This document shows positions 1 through 24,398 of a stretch of DNA of 64,000 nucleotides, piece by piece. Numbering within the stretch: position 1 is the first letter of the stretch; each line of letters opens with the position of its first letter. Position numbers and translations under genes: made by a program. This DNA is from the human T2T-CHM13v2.0 reference genome, Homo sapiens: the NCBI RefSeq assembly GCF_009914755.1, contig NC_060938.1. One strand, written 5' to 3'. The notes beneath the pieces are model-generated. The model was not told where the DNA came from. It ran no database searches and saw only the letters and a list, made by a program, of their open reading frames with translations.

Positions 1-2625
<2,625 letters not shown>

Positions 2626-2897
2626 TGAATGGATTTGATTTCCTTGTATTTTGTTGAGGTTTTTTTCTTTCCCATCTATGTTCATCAGGAATGTTGGCCT
2701 GTAGTTTTCTTTTTAGGTTATGTCCATGTCTGGTTTTGGTAACAGAGTAATGTTGGTCTTGTACAATGCATTAGTGATAATTGCCACCTCTTCAGTTTTT
2801 AAAAATACTTTGGGAAGATTGGTATTAGTTCTCTATACACCTGGTAGAATTCCACAGTGAACCCATCTGATCCTGGGCTTTTCTTTGATGAAAGAAT
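2626..2897 (-). mobile_element. L1 ORF2 fragment
   Basis: atctatgttcatcagga...ggtagaattc...cctgggcttttcttt, typical antisense ORF2. Confidence 0.7.
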
Positions 2898-3560
2898 TTC
2901 TATTTATTTTAAGTTCTGAGATACATGTGTAGGATGTGCAGGTATGTTACATAGGTAAATGGGTGCCATGGTGGTTTGCTGCACCTATCAACCCATCACC
3001 TAGGTATTAAGTTTAGCATGCATTAGCTATTTTTCCTGATGCTCTCCCTCCCCTAATGCCCCCCACAGACCCCAGTGTGTGTTGTTCCCTTCCCTGTGTC
3101 CATGTGTTCTCCTTGTTTAGTTCCCAATCATAAGTGAGAATGTGCGGTGTTTGGTTTTTTGTTCCTGTGTTAGTTTGCTGAGGTTAATGGTTTCCAGCTC
3201 CACCCACGTCCCTACAAAGGACATGATCTCACTCCTTTTTATGGCTGCATCATATTCCATGGTATATATGTACCACATTTTCTTTATCCAGCCTATCATT
3301 GATGGGCATTTGGGTTGATTCCATGTCTTTGCTATTGTGCTGCAATGAACATACATGTGCATGAATCTTTATAATAGAATGATTTTTATCCCTTTGGTAT
3401 ATACCCTGTAATGGGATTACTGGGTCAAATGGTATTTCTGGTTCTAGGTCTTTGAGGAATTGCCACTCTGTCTTCCAGAATGGTTGAACTAATTTACATT
3501 CCCACCAATAGTGTAAAAATGACTCCACAGCCTCACCAGCAGCTCTTAGTTTTTGATTTT
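2898..3560 (-). mobile_element. L1PA (mid-aged) 3' end
   Basis: Minus ORFs 3117-3362 and 3250-3528 resemble ORF2 C-terminus; typical 3'UTR. Confidence 0.85.
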
Positions 3561-3749
3561 TGTTTGTTTCTTTTGAGATTAAGTCTCCATCTCATTCTTT
3601 TTCTTAAGAGTTTCTCTAACTAATGGATGTTGAATTTTCACAAGTGCTTTATTGGTACCTGTTGCTTTATTTTAAAAAGTTATTTTAAAATCATTCAGAA
3701 AATGGCATATATATATAGGCAGAAGAGAGACTAGGGCAGAAACCCTAGT

Positions 3750-3929
3750 TTGTGTGTTTGTGTGTGTATGTGTGTGTGTACAGACATATGTGTGTGTGTG
3801 TGTGTGTGTGTGTGTTTGAGAGTGTGGGTGTGTTTGTATGTATGTATTATCCAGATAGACAGGTAACAGTCCTTTGGTTATTATCTCTCTTCTGCGTCTG
3901 TGTGTGTGTGTGTGTGCACACGCATGTAT

Positions 3930-3970
<41 letters not shown>
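3750..3970. repeat. Compound microsatellite, (TG)n blocks and (AGAT)10 at 3931-3970
   Basis: Directly visible. Confidence 0.95.
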
Positions 3971-4039
3971 GATAACAGTCCTTTGGTACCCTGCATAAAG
4001 CAAAAACTTTATCTTTTTGATTTTCCACAAGATTTATGT

Positions 4040-5520
<1,481 letters not shown>

Positions 5521-6699
5521 AATTTGTTAAAGTCTAGTTTATAATTTTTTTTCAATTATGATTCATGTTTTTGGTGTCCTAAGAAATCACTGTTCATCCA
5601 AATGTTGTGAAGATTTTCTTTGTTTTCATGTAGAAACAATTACTTTTTACAATTGTTTTATTTTCTCCTGTGTATGAGCTTGGAAAGTATATATTCATTA
5701 TTCTTATTTTAGTAATACACTAAAAATTACTATATACATCCTTGATTTGTTAACATATAAATTTGTAATTTTAAAACTTTCTTCACTTTAGAATTGAGAA
5801 CTTTAAACCATATTAACACAATACACACTTTCCAAAATTAAGCAGTATTATTGATGCAATTCTAGTTTTATAAATAATCTAAATAAGAGCATTACTGTTT
5901 TCTAGGTCTATATTCATCTAGACTTTTCCCAAACTTTTATCCTATATATTGAACTTCATTAACTGCTACATCTTTGTTCTTTGTTTCTCCTTGAGAAAAA
6001 ATTTTTATATACTTTCCTTAGTGCTGTACTGCTGAAATTCAATTAATCAATTTTTGTTGCGCAGAAATTACTTTCTACTTTTTAAAGAGAACTTCACTGG
6101 ATATGAACCTAGGTTGGCAATTATTTTGTTGCAGCACTTTGAAATATGTTTCTATTCTTCTTGTTTCCAATTTGATCTTTTAAGGTAACACGTCTCCCTT
6201 GCCTCTTGCTGCATTTGAGATTCTGCACATTCAAGATGGTTTTACTAATTTCACAAAAATATATCTAGATGTGATTTTCATTGCATTCATTTTACCTGGG
6301 GTTCTTAGAGCTTCTAAAATATGTGAATTGATGTATTTTCTCTTCAAATATTGCTTCTGCCCTCGTCTCTCTCTCTGTCTTTAGGACTCCAATTATCTAT
6401 ATCTATATTAGAATTTCAGACCTATTTACTATGCCCCATATATCTCTTATGAACTTTTCTGTATTTTCTATCATTTTGTCCCCTTATTATTCAGAGTAAA
6501 TATTTTCTTCTGTTACACTATTTCTCTCAAAGAGAAGGACTTCCAGAAAGATAGTTTAAAGAGCTCACCAGATCCTCTTCCTAGCACAATCCACCATTAT
6601 TTGGTTAAAAAAAAAATTATTGGTAAAAAAAAGAAAAAATAATGTATTGTATCTGGAAACTGTCCTAAGGGCCAGGGCAAACAAAAATGTATTTATTCC

Positions 6700-8240
<1,541 letters not shown>

Positions 8241-9723
8241 ATACTTATTTAAGACAATCTATTAAAAATCTTGATAAGAATAATCAGTATCTATGGCATC
8301 TGAGTCACAAGCTATTCCCATCCTGTCCCCTCCCAACTCAGTTGTCTGAATCTCCACTCTAGACAGGCATAGTCAAAAAGACACAGTTTCCTCTCACCCT
8401 TGCTCTCAGTATAGGGCTACAGATTCACCCACAGAGCGGCAGGCCCCTAGCTTGGTATTGCGGAGGCTCCATTCCAGGAAGACAGAGCTAAAAGACTGGG
8501 GCTTCCTTCCCCCAATCAGCCCCAACTTGTAGAGCAGAAGGTGTGGCAGGCCAAGAATGGGAGACCCAATTACCCATACTCCAATTCACTCAAACAGTGA
8601 ATGTTCTACAACAGAAGAGGCAAGCTGAGATGATCAGGGGCTACCATGCCCAGCCAGCACCCTACTTCCTAAGTAGGGGTATCATTCTGGCAGGAAGCAG
8701 ACTATAGTCTCTACCAAAAGCTCCACTACAGTTGTGCAAGATCGTGCTGAGAGGGAGAGGCCTTATGAACAGAGAGTTCAAAAGCTTTACCTAAGGAGAC
8801 TGACTTTATCTGGAACAAGGCATGAGGAAATTGACGGCTAAGGACGCTGTCAAAAACAATGGAGATCTGGAGAGTGATCAGCTAAGAGAATCGTAATTTT
8901 GTAAGACTGGTAGCAACAAGTAAAACAGTGGATCAGCTAACAAAAAAATCAAACAAAGAGACGGCTAAGAGCCCTCTTGGGAGTCTGAGAATGCCCCAAA
9001 GATTGGCAAAACCCTAATCCTGCTAAGAGGTCAACTTTAATTAAGTTAGACTATGGCACAATGTATGTGCTACGTTATTGTTTAAAAAAAAAAAAAAAGG
9101 AACAACTAGGTAGCAATCAGTGAATTAGCAGAGGCTAAAAATTGAGTGAGATATCAACAGAATTAGACCAACCAAAGCTTAATGAGATCAGGGAACTAGA
9201 CAATCAAAGAGAACCCAGTTAAAGCTATAGTTATCCCAGACAGCAATAGAGACTACACACATGATGGAGAAGTGACATCAGTGGCTACACACTGCAGGGA
9301 AAATAGGTTTCACTGAACTATTCCAGCCAATTCACTAAACTACTAAAAAAAACCCAAGACAGAAAAACCCAAAAGGTAGAGAACGAATCAGTATTCAAAG
9401 TTAATACAAAAATTATCTAAAATGTCTAATCTCAAAAAAAGTTACAAGACATGCAAGGAAATAGGAAAGTGTGACTTATACAAATGAAAAAGAGGATACA
9501 ATATAAAACAGCCTTTGAATGGGCCTACATGTCAAACGTAGGAGACAACGATTTCAAATCAGCTAGTAAAAATATGTTCAAAAAACTAAAGAAAAACATT
9601 TTTTTAAAATGTAAGATAATGTCTCATCTAATAGCAATATCAGTAAAGAGATGGAAATTATTTTTGAAAAACAAAAATTCTGGAATTGAAATGTATAATA
9701 ACTATAATAAAAAGCTTACTTGA

Positions 9724-10164
<441 letters not shown>

Positions 10165-10185
10165 TCAGATATGTAAAGGTAAGAA

Positions 10186-10441
10186 CAGGCTAAGTGCAGT
10201 GGTGTGATCACAGCCCACTGCGGCCTCAACCTCTTGGGCTCAAGTGATCCTCTCACCTCAGCCTCCTGAGTAGCTGGGACTACAGGCATGTACCACTATG
10301 CCTGGCTAAATTTTGCTTTTACATAGAGACAGGGTCTTACTATGTTGCCCAGGTTGGTCTTGAACTCCTGGACTCAAGCGATCCTCCCACCTCCACCTCC
10401 CAAAGTGGTAGGATTACAGGCACAAGCCACCGTGCCCAGTC
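10186..10441 (-). mobile_element. AluJ-like, lacking 3' tail
   Basis: Alu consensus match with J-type positions. Confidence 0.85.
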
Positions 10442-11145
10442 TACTAAATTCTTATATCCAGCAAAACTATCCTTTAAAAATAAAGCTGAAATAAAGACAT
10501 GCACAGATCAACAAAAACTCAGAGAATCTGTTGCTAGTAGATTAGCCTTACAAGGAATACCAAAAGAAGTTCTTCAGGCAAAAAGCAATTGCTACGCAAT
10601 CATATTTCAACACAGCCCTGTGACTCCAATCCCTGGCCACAGATGGCTAGACCAGTGGATTAATAACTGAACCAAAGACAGCCATCTAGAGGTAGCTCAA
10701 GTTTACAGTCTTTGCAACTAACAGTCTTAATGATGACCCAGGTCATGTGTAGTAAAATGTATGAAATTTGCTTTCTCCCTGAAGCCCAGCAGGGAATCTT
10801 CCAAGATAGTTTCTTGCTTCCCTTAAATTAAACACCCATCTGAGTGTCTCCATTACTTGCAACCTAGAAGGAACAAACAAATATACCTGAAGAATGTTAT
10901 ATGATAATAAACATGTGAAACTACAAAACCACTCTTTCAGATTTTCAACCAGAAAATATCAATTTCTATTTAAAGATATTTCAGCTACTTTGTCTTCTGA
11001 GTCTTTGCTTTTAAATATATTATTCTGTCCTTGAAGGACAGGAGCCATCCTTTTGCAATAGGAATGGAAGAGCCCCAGGCCTATTTCTTAAGATTTAGAG
11101 TTCCCACTGTCCTAATCCTAATTTCAAGTCTCACTATGATTATGC

Positions 11146-11824
<679 letters not shown>

Positions 11825-13706
11825 TGTCCATCCATGCCGAAAGGGCCTGGTTGTTCTAGGAAAACCAACATTTCAGTGCTGAGTGTGAGTTCAATGACTG
11901 TCACTTTATTGAGAGCAAGGATTGTGTGGATTTGTGTACTCCTAGAACCTAGCACCAAACTCAATTCTTAACAGGCCTTAAATCAAAATGTATTCAGTAA
12001 AATACTGAATAATTTTTTTCATTGCCAAGTAGAAGATAGGAAAAACAGAACATAAAACCTGAAACCAAACTACATATGAAATTATATAATCTAATCAGAC
12101 ACAAAGATGGAGACCTCATAAAATATTTGAGTAATAATTTTAAAAATGTGTCTACTATTCTCTTAAACTCTACCTACATAACTATCCAGCTCTTAATTTC
12201 AATTATATTTTGGATGTAGGATTTGTAGTTGATTCTTTTTATAACTTCCTGACCTCTGTAAGAATATATGATCTAATTTCACAATATATTAACAATAATT
12301 ATTTTGAAGTTGTTTTTGATAACTCCAATATCTGAAGAGTCTATATGCCTATTGACATTTCTTGTTTTTTCTCGTGCCTTTTGGTAGAATGGATTTGTTT
12401 CCTGATATGCCAGTTAGTTTGATTGAATGCTAGACACTGTATATGACAAATTATAGAAATCATACAAACCTCTGAATGATCATATCTTCCTCCCTAAAAC
12501 ATTTACTTTTGTCTTGATGGGAAGTTAGGACAGGGGCAGACCCAAAGCTATGTTACAATGCTACAGTCTTTGTGAGTAGAGAAAGTGTATTTTGAGTTCA
12601 TTTAGACTCCTAGGGGCTTAGTCCTCTGAGCATCCCAATCGTGAAATCTTTACCAGAGCTCTTCCTCTTCAGTGGGCCTTTAAGCTCTGCTTATGAATCA
12701 GAAAACATTTCAGGAGAAAAGTAGTGGCAAATGTCAGAATTGCCATTCTGAACTTGCCTCCGCAACAAAATACTTGAACCCTCCTGTCCTTGCTGCCTAG
12801 AGATAGCTCTCTGAAACCTTCAAATATATTTTTAAAAACATGTCCTAGCCAGCTTTTCTAAATTGTACCAGTATAAGGTTTACACTACAGAACACTAGTC
12901 CATCACTCACAAAAGCAGAAACTGTTTCTCTTCCTTTAATGAGAATTGCCACAAGTTTGCCAAATTTATTAATCTTCTCTAAGGAAGAGCAAAATACAAT
13001 CTAACATTTTATCATTATAGGTTCCCACAAAATAATATATTCTATGATACAAACACATTCTTCACCCAAGTAAAGTACTAGAAATTAAACACATTTAATG
13101 TGCTTGAAAAAAATCTTCCTAATGTTGACCATTGTTTATATTAGTCATATGTTATGTATTAGGAACTAAAAGAATGTTTTCTCAGTGCATATGAATAAGT
13201 TAGCTTTACTTTTTACAAAGATAATTTGTACTATTTGAACATTTTGAAGAGCATAATAGACCTGTTGAATTTTGTTACTGTTTAAGGCTGAGTGCAATCT
13301 CATTTCCTTATGCCCTTAGAGAGAACTACCTGAAAGCAAATATCTAAAAAACAATTTAATTTGCTACTTAAAATGATATGCTATCAAGTTGAAATCACTC
13401 TAAAGATAAGGAAACTAAAAAGACTACAGGAATAATGTATGAACAGTTAAAATTGGCTCATTATAAAGAATACCAACCCTCTTTCAATGGTATTTCAGGT
13501 AGACAAGCATTGAATAACTCTTAATTACTTACTCAAGGAACATTACCGCATTTGTTTAGTGCCACCCTTTTTTCCATAGCAAGTCCTCAAATAAGTATTC
13601 CCAAAGCTGTATTTTATCTTCCAAATTGCTTTAAATTTTCAATAGATCCATAGATAATAAAAAGTTATCAATACTTCATATTTTCTGAGGAACTGAAGTT
13701 ATATGT

Positions 13707-13716
13707 CACACACATA

Positions 13717-13768
<52 letters not shown>
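13707..13768. repeat. (CA)n microsatellite
   Basis: Directly visible. Confidence 0.95.
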
Positions 13769-13770
<2 letters not shown>

Positions 13771-13804
13771 CACACAAAGCTAAGAATCACAAGGCCCCAT
13801 TTAA

Positions 13805-13925
13805 TTTTTTTTTTTTTAAGAGATGAAGTCTTGCTCTTCCACCCAGACTGGAGTGAAGTGGTGTGAACATGGCTCACTGCAGCCTCGGCCTCCCAGACTC
13901 CAGTGATTCTCCCGTCTCAGCCCCC
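13805..13925 (-). mobile_element. AluJ-like, 3' part (split by THE1A)
   Basis: Poly-T then right-arm sequence ending at ctcagCCCCC, where the LTR starts. Confidence 0.85.
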
Positions 13926-17352
<3,427 letters not shown>

Positions 17353-17534
17353 CCCCCCAAGTAATTGGTATTAGAGGCACATGCTACCACACCCAGCTAT
17401 TTTTTGTACTTTTTTGTAGATATGGGGTTTCACTATGTTGCCTAGGCTGGTCTTGAACTTCTAAGCTCAGGCAATCCTCCAGCCTTAGCCTCACAAAGTG
17501 CTGGGATTACAGGCGTGAGCCATCATGCCCAGCC
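17353..17534 (-). mobile_element. AluJ-like, 5' part (continuation of the split Alu)
   Basis: Resumes CCCCCcaagta... to cccagcc. Flank CTATTTAATTT matches CCATTTAATTT at about 13797 (TSD). Confidence 0.85.
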
Positions 17535-17649
17535 CTATTTAATTTATATGTAAAAAACATGAGGCAGAAATTATTACGGTTTCAGAAAACGAAGAAACTT
17601 GAAAATAGATATTTTATTTCTAAACTGTTTTACTGACCACATTCAAATG

Positions 17650-17750
17650 ACAAACTAATGTATTAGCAATAAATACAAACTATTAGTAATTAGTAATAAA
17701 TACAAACTAATTAGTAATTAGTAATAAATACAAGCTAATGTATTAGTAAT
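17650..17750. repeat. AT-rich minisatellite, about 4 copies of a 25-28 bp unit
   Basis: Units ACAAACTA...ATTAG(C/T)AATAAAT start at 17650, 17675, 17702, 17730. Confidence 0.85.
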
Positions 17751-17951
17751 ACATTCAAGAAAAAATTAAAATATTCAGTCCACTTCTGCTTTCTGCAACT
17801 CAGAGAGTTAAAGAAAACAGAAAAACCACCTTTCCTCATAACTCCCAAAATTCATTTTTTCATACAGATGAAAGATCTGAGAATTAAACCAAGTCTTCTA
17901 ATAGGTATAAAGGCTTATTTAGTTATAGGGATTTTACTTGCAGAACATCTC

Positions 17952-18335
<384 letters not shown>

Positions 18336-19979
18336 TTAATAACAGAAGCAGACCTCATTTCCACTAGATACCATAACTTTATTAATAGCTTCTCTCTACA
18401 AAGTTGTGGCCAATGTTTGTTTTCTTTATAATCTAATCTAGGTATTAAAAATTACTTGCTATTCAGGTAATAGCATATTTTACAATATGCACTTAGATAA
18501 GGAAGAAATTAAGATTTTAGAAATGAAGTTGAACATGAAATTACAACCAGCATAATTAAGGTCTCTAAGACCTTTGGTCTCCAAAAAGGGTTTAATCTCA
18601 TTATTAAAAGTAATATTAAAGCGGGCATACAGTAAAATGGTCAGCTTTATGAAACAAATGCATGAATCAAGAGTTTATGGTAAAAGAAACAACCTTCCTT
18701 CTATTTGTATTGTACTAATCATAAAAATAAGCTATTATTGATTATCCTTTCTTTTTTATACCATCCTCTTTTAAAAAAAAATTAAAATCTCCCATTATAG
18801 TCCCAAGTTTCTGCTAATGAATTATCATGTCAGTTGTCACTCAATTATCACTTTCAACATTTAATCTAAATTATGTTCAGCACCTTGTTTTTTCCTTTCT
18901 TTGAAGTTCTTTCTTGAATTTAAAAGTCAAATTTTTTTCAAGAAGAGTAAGTTGACGGAAGATGGAGGCAAAGATTAAATCAGGGGAAATAACTGATCAA
19001 GGATGCTTAGAATTCTTATGAATACAAATAGGCTATCAAGGTTAATGAGGTTCAACTTGAGTTTACAAGAAGGGAAAAGTGTACTTAGTATTTTCTATGC
19101 ATATACAGATTTAAGATCTTAGGTACAATTTAAAAGGTAAATTATGCAAACTCAAATGTAGCTTCCTTCCATTGTTTTTTTAAGAGCCATTTTTACTGTT
19201 TTTCTCTAATGTAAAACAACTGCTTGAAATATATATTCTGGATCAACAAAAACTAATGCAATTAGTAAGATATAGCAAAGGTCCCCTTAAATACTGACAA
19301 ATCTTCCAGAAATGGATGTGCTTTTAAGAAATGACTAGATAGCAAATATTAGTTTAAAAAGAAAAAACATAAATTTTTTACAACATATTATTTCATTCAA
19401 CAAATACTAATTAAGCACCTAGTATAGGTAAGACTGTGTGGGAACACATAGGGACACAGAGATAAAACTTGGTTCTTAACCCATTTATAATCTCAACAGG
19501 AATAGAAGCTTTAAATTCATAAGTGGCTCCCAGAATGCCACAACTCTGAATTATAACATCAGTGCATACTAGTAAGTGGCCCAGAGCAAAATCCGTGCAC
19601 AGCAACATATCAAAAGAAAAATTAAACATAAGACTGAGCATCAGAGCGAAAGCATAGAAGATTGCTGGAATGAGAAGAGATGTCAGTTCAACACACTCCA
19701 GGAATAAAGACATAGAATCTAGCTGAAGTGTACAGTATCTCTGGTTGTAAGGACTCTGTAAAAAGGGAGGTGGGAGGTTGAGAATTTCTACTATAATTAT
19801 GAACAAACAACCCTTAAGGCATCATTATTCTCTGATTCTGTGTTCATTAAGCAATTTTTTGGTTACTAATTCTAAAGCCAGAAGATTAGGAGATTGGTGC
19901 CCTGCATAAGAGAATAATGTTTTCATATCTGTATAGGGCTCCCACAGGGTAAATCAGTGAAGTGGTACTCTTTTGTATA

Positions 19980-20032
19980 TTAGGTTGGTACAAAAGTAAT
20001 CTCAGTTTTTGCAATTACTTTTGCATTGACCC
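19980..20032. mobile_element. MADE1 (Hsmar1 mariner MITE), internally deleted
   Basis: TTAGGTTGGTACAAAAGTAAT...ATTACTTTTGCATTGACC inverted arms. Confidence 0.75.
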
Positions 20033-20152
20033 ACACCTCTCTCTTCTGAGTTTCATTGTTAATATGAGCCAGTCTCCTGGGTCACACACAGAAAACTCAA
20101 GTTTCCAGATGTGAGGACAAGACCTTGAAACATGATGTCTCCACCAATGTAA

Positions 20153-20596
<444 letters not shown>

Positions 20597-21532
20597 TGAG
20601 AAAGGGGGCATAAGAATATTAGTGATATGGACAAAAGGATTATTCAGAAAGAAGAAGGATCACTTACAGCTGATTTAATCCAATTCCACTTTTACATGGG
20701 GGAAAAAGTTTAGGATTTCCACAAAAAGAAAGAAAAGACATTCAAAGTTGTTCACAGAAACAGTGAACAACTGGCACAAAGGAAAAACTGATGGAGCTGA
20801 GTAGGGAAGTTTAAGAAAAAAGGAATTATTTGACAAGACCACATATGAGGTTCTGTAGGAGAGGTGTCAGAAAGTGAAGGTTAAAAAGAAACACATTAAT
20901 GATTGAATAAATCATAAGAACTGTTACTATATATATGTTCTTGGGCCTGACCAATGATCTCATTTTGTGCATCTTTTTTATTCATATTTGGTCTCTGAAA
21001 AGCAACTAAAGAAGATTAATCTCTCTTTTTTAATAGAATGTATAAGGCAACAGCTCCATACTACCCAATATTTTCTAAAAATAAAGCAGAGACTAAATTT
21101 CAAGAAAATTCTCAATTGTTAGAGGTTACAATCGAGTAATCTATGACCTAATATCTCACAAAGTCTGCACGAAACATGACTTTGAGAACAGCTTGGGAAC
21201 AAAGATATTCAAATGGCCTCCAAAAGGTGCCATAAGAACATTAGTGATACAGACAATAAACTTGTTCTAACTTAATAGTTCTTTTATGAAAAATAAAGGA
21301 AAATCAGACGTGTCACTAAATCAGAAACAGCTGCAAATTTAATTAACTATTTTATTGTTCAAATTAAGAAAATCAGAAAAAATGCAACTAGTTAATGCTA
21401 ATGTCTTACAGGGATAAACATTGTCTTTGTGATGTCCTTTGCAATGGCAACTGGAAAAAAAAATTTCATTCTCAAAAAGAAATTTATTCTTAGAAGCAAG
21501 ACAAACTCAAAGAACTTTCTGCATCAACTTTA

Positions 21533-21699
21533 TTTTTATTTACTTATTTTTTAGAGACAGAGTCTTACTATGTTGCCTAGGCTGGAGTGCAGTGGCACAA
21601 TCACAGCTCGCTGCAGCCTTGAACTCCTGGCTCAAGCAATCCTTTCACCTCATCCTCTTGAGTAGCCGAGACTACAGGCACAAGCCACTGCTCCCAGCC
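21533..21699 (-). mobile_element. Free right Alu monomer (FRAM-like)
   Basis: Single right-arm monomer with its own TSD TGCATCAA(C/T)TTTA 21520-21532 / 21700-21712. Confidence 0.8.
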
Positions 21700-23267
21700 T
21701 GCATCAATTTTAGATCCACTGTGAGAAACAAGGAATCGGCTGCATTTGTGTTCTTTGCTATGTTGCCAGCACTTAGAACAGTGTCTGGCATGTAACAGGC
21801 AGTCAATAATATTTGCTGTGTTGTAAAAACCTTTCCTCCAATTGTTTTTCACACCCAAACTCTATACAACCAAACCAAACTAACCCAAGAGGACTCAAAT
21901 TCTTCCCCTAACCCATAAGAAATTGTAAAATAACTACTAAGTTAGGACAAGGGGAAAGCCAGGAATCTTGAATAAGAGCATTATTAGGCTATTACAAATA
22001 ATTTTTTTAGTGCTCACATATTTGAGATTTTTTTCCAATGTATACCATGATGGCAAGTGAAAAGAAACAATGTGAAGGAAGGAAAGAAGGGAGGGAGGAC
22101 CAATGTGTGGTTATGAACATAGAGCAAAGGGATTTTTCTACCTTTTAGATCTATCCAACATACTTTCTTTTTAAATACGTGACTTCAGCAAAATAATCAT
22201 ATTTTAGCATTTTCATCAGCAGGATCAAGGGCTAAAATAATACCCATGAAGCAAACTTTAAAAGTTGTATAATTACCATTGCTCTGAGACAATTTCAAGT
22301 AAGTCTTTATTAAACATGTAGAGGGCTTTGTAAAGAGTATGTCAATATTTCATTATCTTTACAATCCAAATCTTGAACCAAATTTAAAAGACATTTTCTA
22401 TTGATGTGCTGACAAGATGAAAGAGAAACACAGATGAGTAACATTAAATATTTCCTTTGGGTTATATAAAATTAGGTGCTTTTAACACTAATTTTCTACC
22501 TTTCATTTTAATTTTGGAAATACTTGAAATTAGAACACAACTTCACTTACAAAAACAGATACAGGGAGGATTGATACATATCTATTTCCAAATGTGTCAT
22601 CCATGTTTAATCTAATTTGCATAATTGTAATTTCAATTAAACCATTTCCTTTTATGAGGTCTTTTCCTTTGATTTTTAATATATACTGATAATTACCTCA
22701 TCTATGCTAGATAAAAGCAGGAAATGGTAGCTGCCTAGTTATACTCCATTCACGGTTACCATATCATCCATGATTGCTACACAACTCTAAATTAATGGAG
22801 GCATTGCAATTCCACCTCATGCAGAACAACTAGAGGTCTGAAAACCTTTATGGTTCCAAAGAAGAATTATTGGTAACACCTTTTCACTATGCATTCTGCC
22901 AGTTTCACCCGCAAAATAAATAATAATTCACTGTTCTCTCAAACAAAAAAGGTCCCTTCTGTCTGTAGAAAGGGTTCAATTGCTATTAGAACAAAAATAT
23001 TTTCAAATTTAAAAATAGTAAAGGATTTCTCTGTAAAATAATAAAGGAAAATCATCCAGGTTCCTGGCTTTGGGGTCCTGAATGAAAGAGAAATGAACCC
23101 ATAGGAATTTCTACATATAAGTAAATCAGTCATTAATATAACTTTATATTATCAATGCTCACACTGGAGTTCATAAAATAACACATCTTTATATTAAAAT
23201 TTCATTAAGCAATTCCATGAGATAAAATTAAAATATTTCGAATATGACTTAAAAAGAGCAAAGTCAC

Positions 23268-23419
23268 CTCTACTTGTGATGCCAAATGTGCTTTCTCCTT
23301 GTCTTTTCTCTCCATGCACCGTTTCACTTCCTCTAACTCAGATGCCATTGCGCTGAAGTTCAGCTGCACTCTCAAATCTGACATTTGCTTCTCCAGGTCC
23401 TGTTTTTCCCGCTCAACCC
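23268..23419 (-). CDS. CEP128: CEP128 internal coding exon E, 152 nt, phase 1/0
   Basis: ttttatcttttaag|GGGTTGAG...CAAGTAGAG|gtgact; (G)VEREKQDLEKQMSDLRVQLNFSAMASELEEVKRCMERKDKEKAHLASQVE. Completes the split Gly codon from exon D. Confidence 0.95.
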
Positions 23420-24036
23420 CTTAAAAGATAAAATGTAAGGCTCAAGGGTTGTTCTTTATTCACAGAAGAATGTACTTTCAAATAGTACTGAGCCCTGATG
23501 TTTCAATATTCTAGCTATCATAATCCATTTATTGACAGTTACTCAACAGACTTTGCCAGCCTGTTGTTTCAAGTTTTATAGCTTTCAAAAACATATACAT
23601 TGCTATATCATCAAATATTATTCCAGTTTGATACTAAAACTTAAAATGTTACCTGATTTCTACTGCAATTTATTTCAAGAAAATCACACACATTTTTAAA
23701 TTTTCCTCACATCTCTACACTATCTCCAAACAGTAAAAAAAAAAAAAAAATACAAAAAGAGTTTTCAACTAAGCTACTTCATCTACAAAATATTTTTTTT
23801 GCAACATAAACAACAAATGATGCTATTAAATCTCTGATTGTGTATGACCAACCAATTTACTAATCCTTACTCATCTGGAGATTATTACCTGAAATTAATA
23901 TATCATTTAACAATATAAATTGACTTAGTATTTAAATCAACATGAAATACTTGACCTGTGCTACACAGGGGACTATAATACCTTCTTCTAATATAAGGAC
24001 AAATAACAAAACTTCATCCTCAATGAGCTTATATCC

Positions 24037-24398
24037 TGATGTGGTTTGGCTCTGACCCACTCAAATCTCATCTTGAATTGTAGCTCCCGTAATTCCCACA
24101 TGTTGTGGGAGGGACCAAGTGGGAGGTAATTGAATCATGGGGGCAGCTCTTTCCATGCTGTTCTCATGATAGTGAATAAGTCCCATGAGATCTGATGGTT
24201 TTATAAAGGAGAGTTCCCCTACACAACCTCTATTCCCTGCCACCACGTAAGACATGCCTTTGCTTTTCCTTTGCCTTCCATCATGATTGTGAGGCCTCTC
24301 CAGCCACGTGGAACTGTGAGTCCATTAAACCTCTTTCCTTTATAAATTACCCAGTCTCAAGTATGTCTTTATTAGCAGTGTGAGAACAGAATAATACA
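24037..24398 (+). mobile_element. THE1B/C solo LTR
   Basis: TGATGTGGTTTGG...AATACA; TSD TATCC/CATCC; TATA-like box near 24200, ATTAAA near 24324. Confidence 0.9.

Noticed and set aside
17650-17750. Repeat array as CRISPR-like
   Set aside because: Tandem AT-rich units with no unique spacers, in a eukaryotic intron with no cas genes.
22697-22734. 38-nt cryptic exon with donor GAG|gtaatt
   Set aside because: The acceptor (aatggagtataactag) has no polypyrimidine tract.
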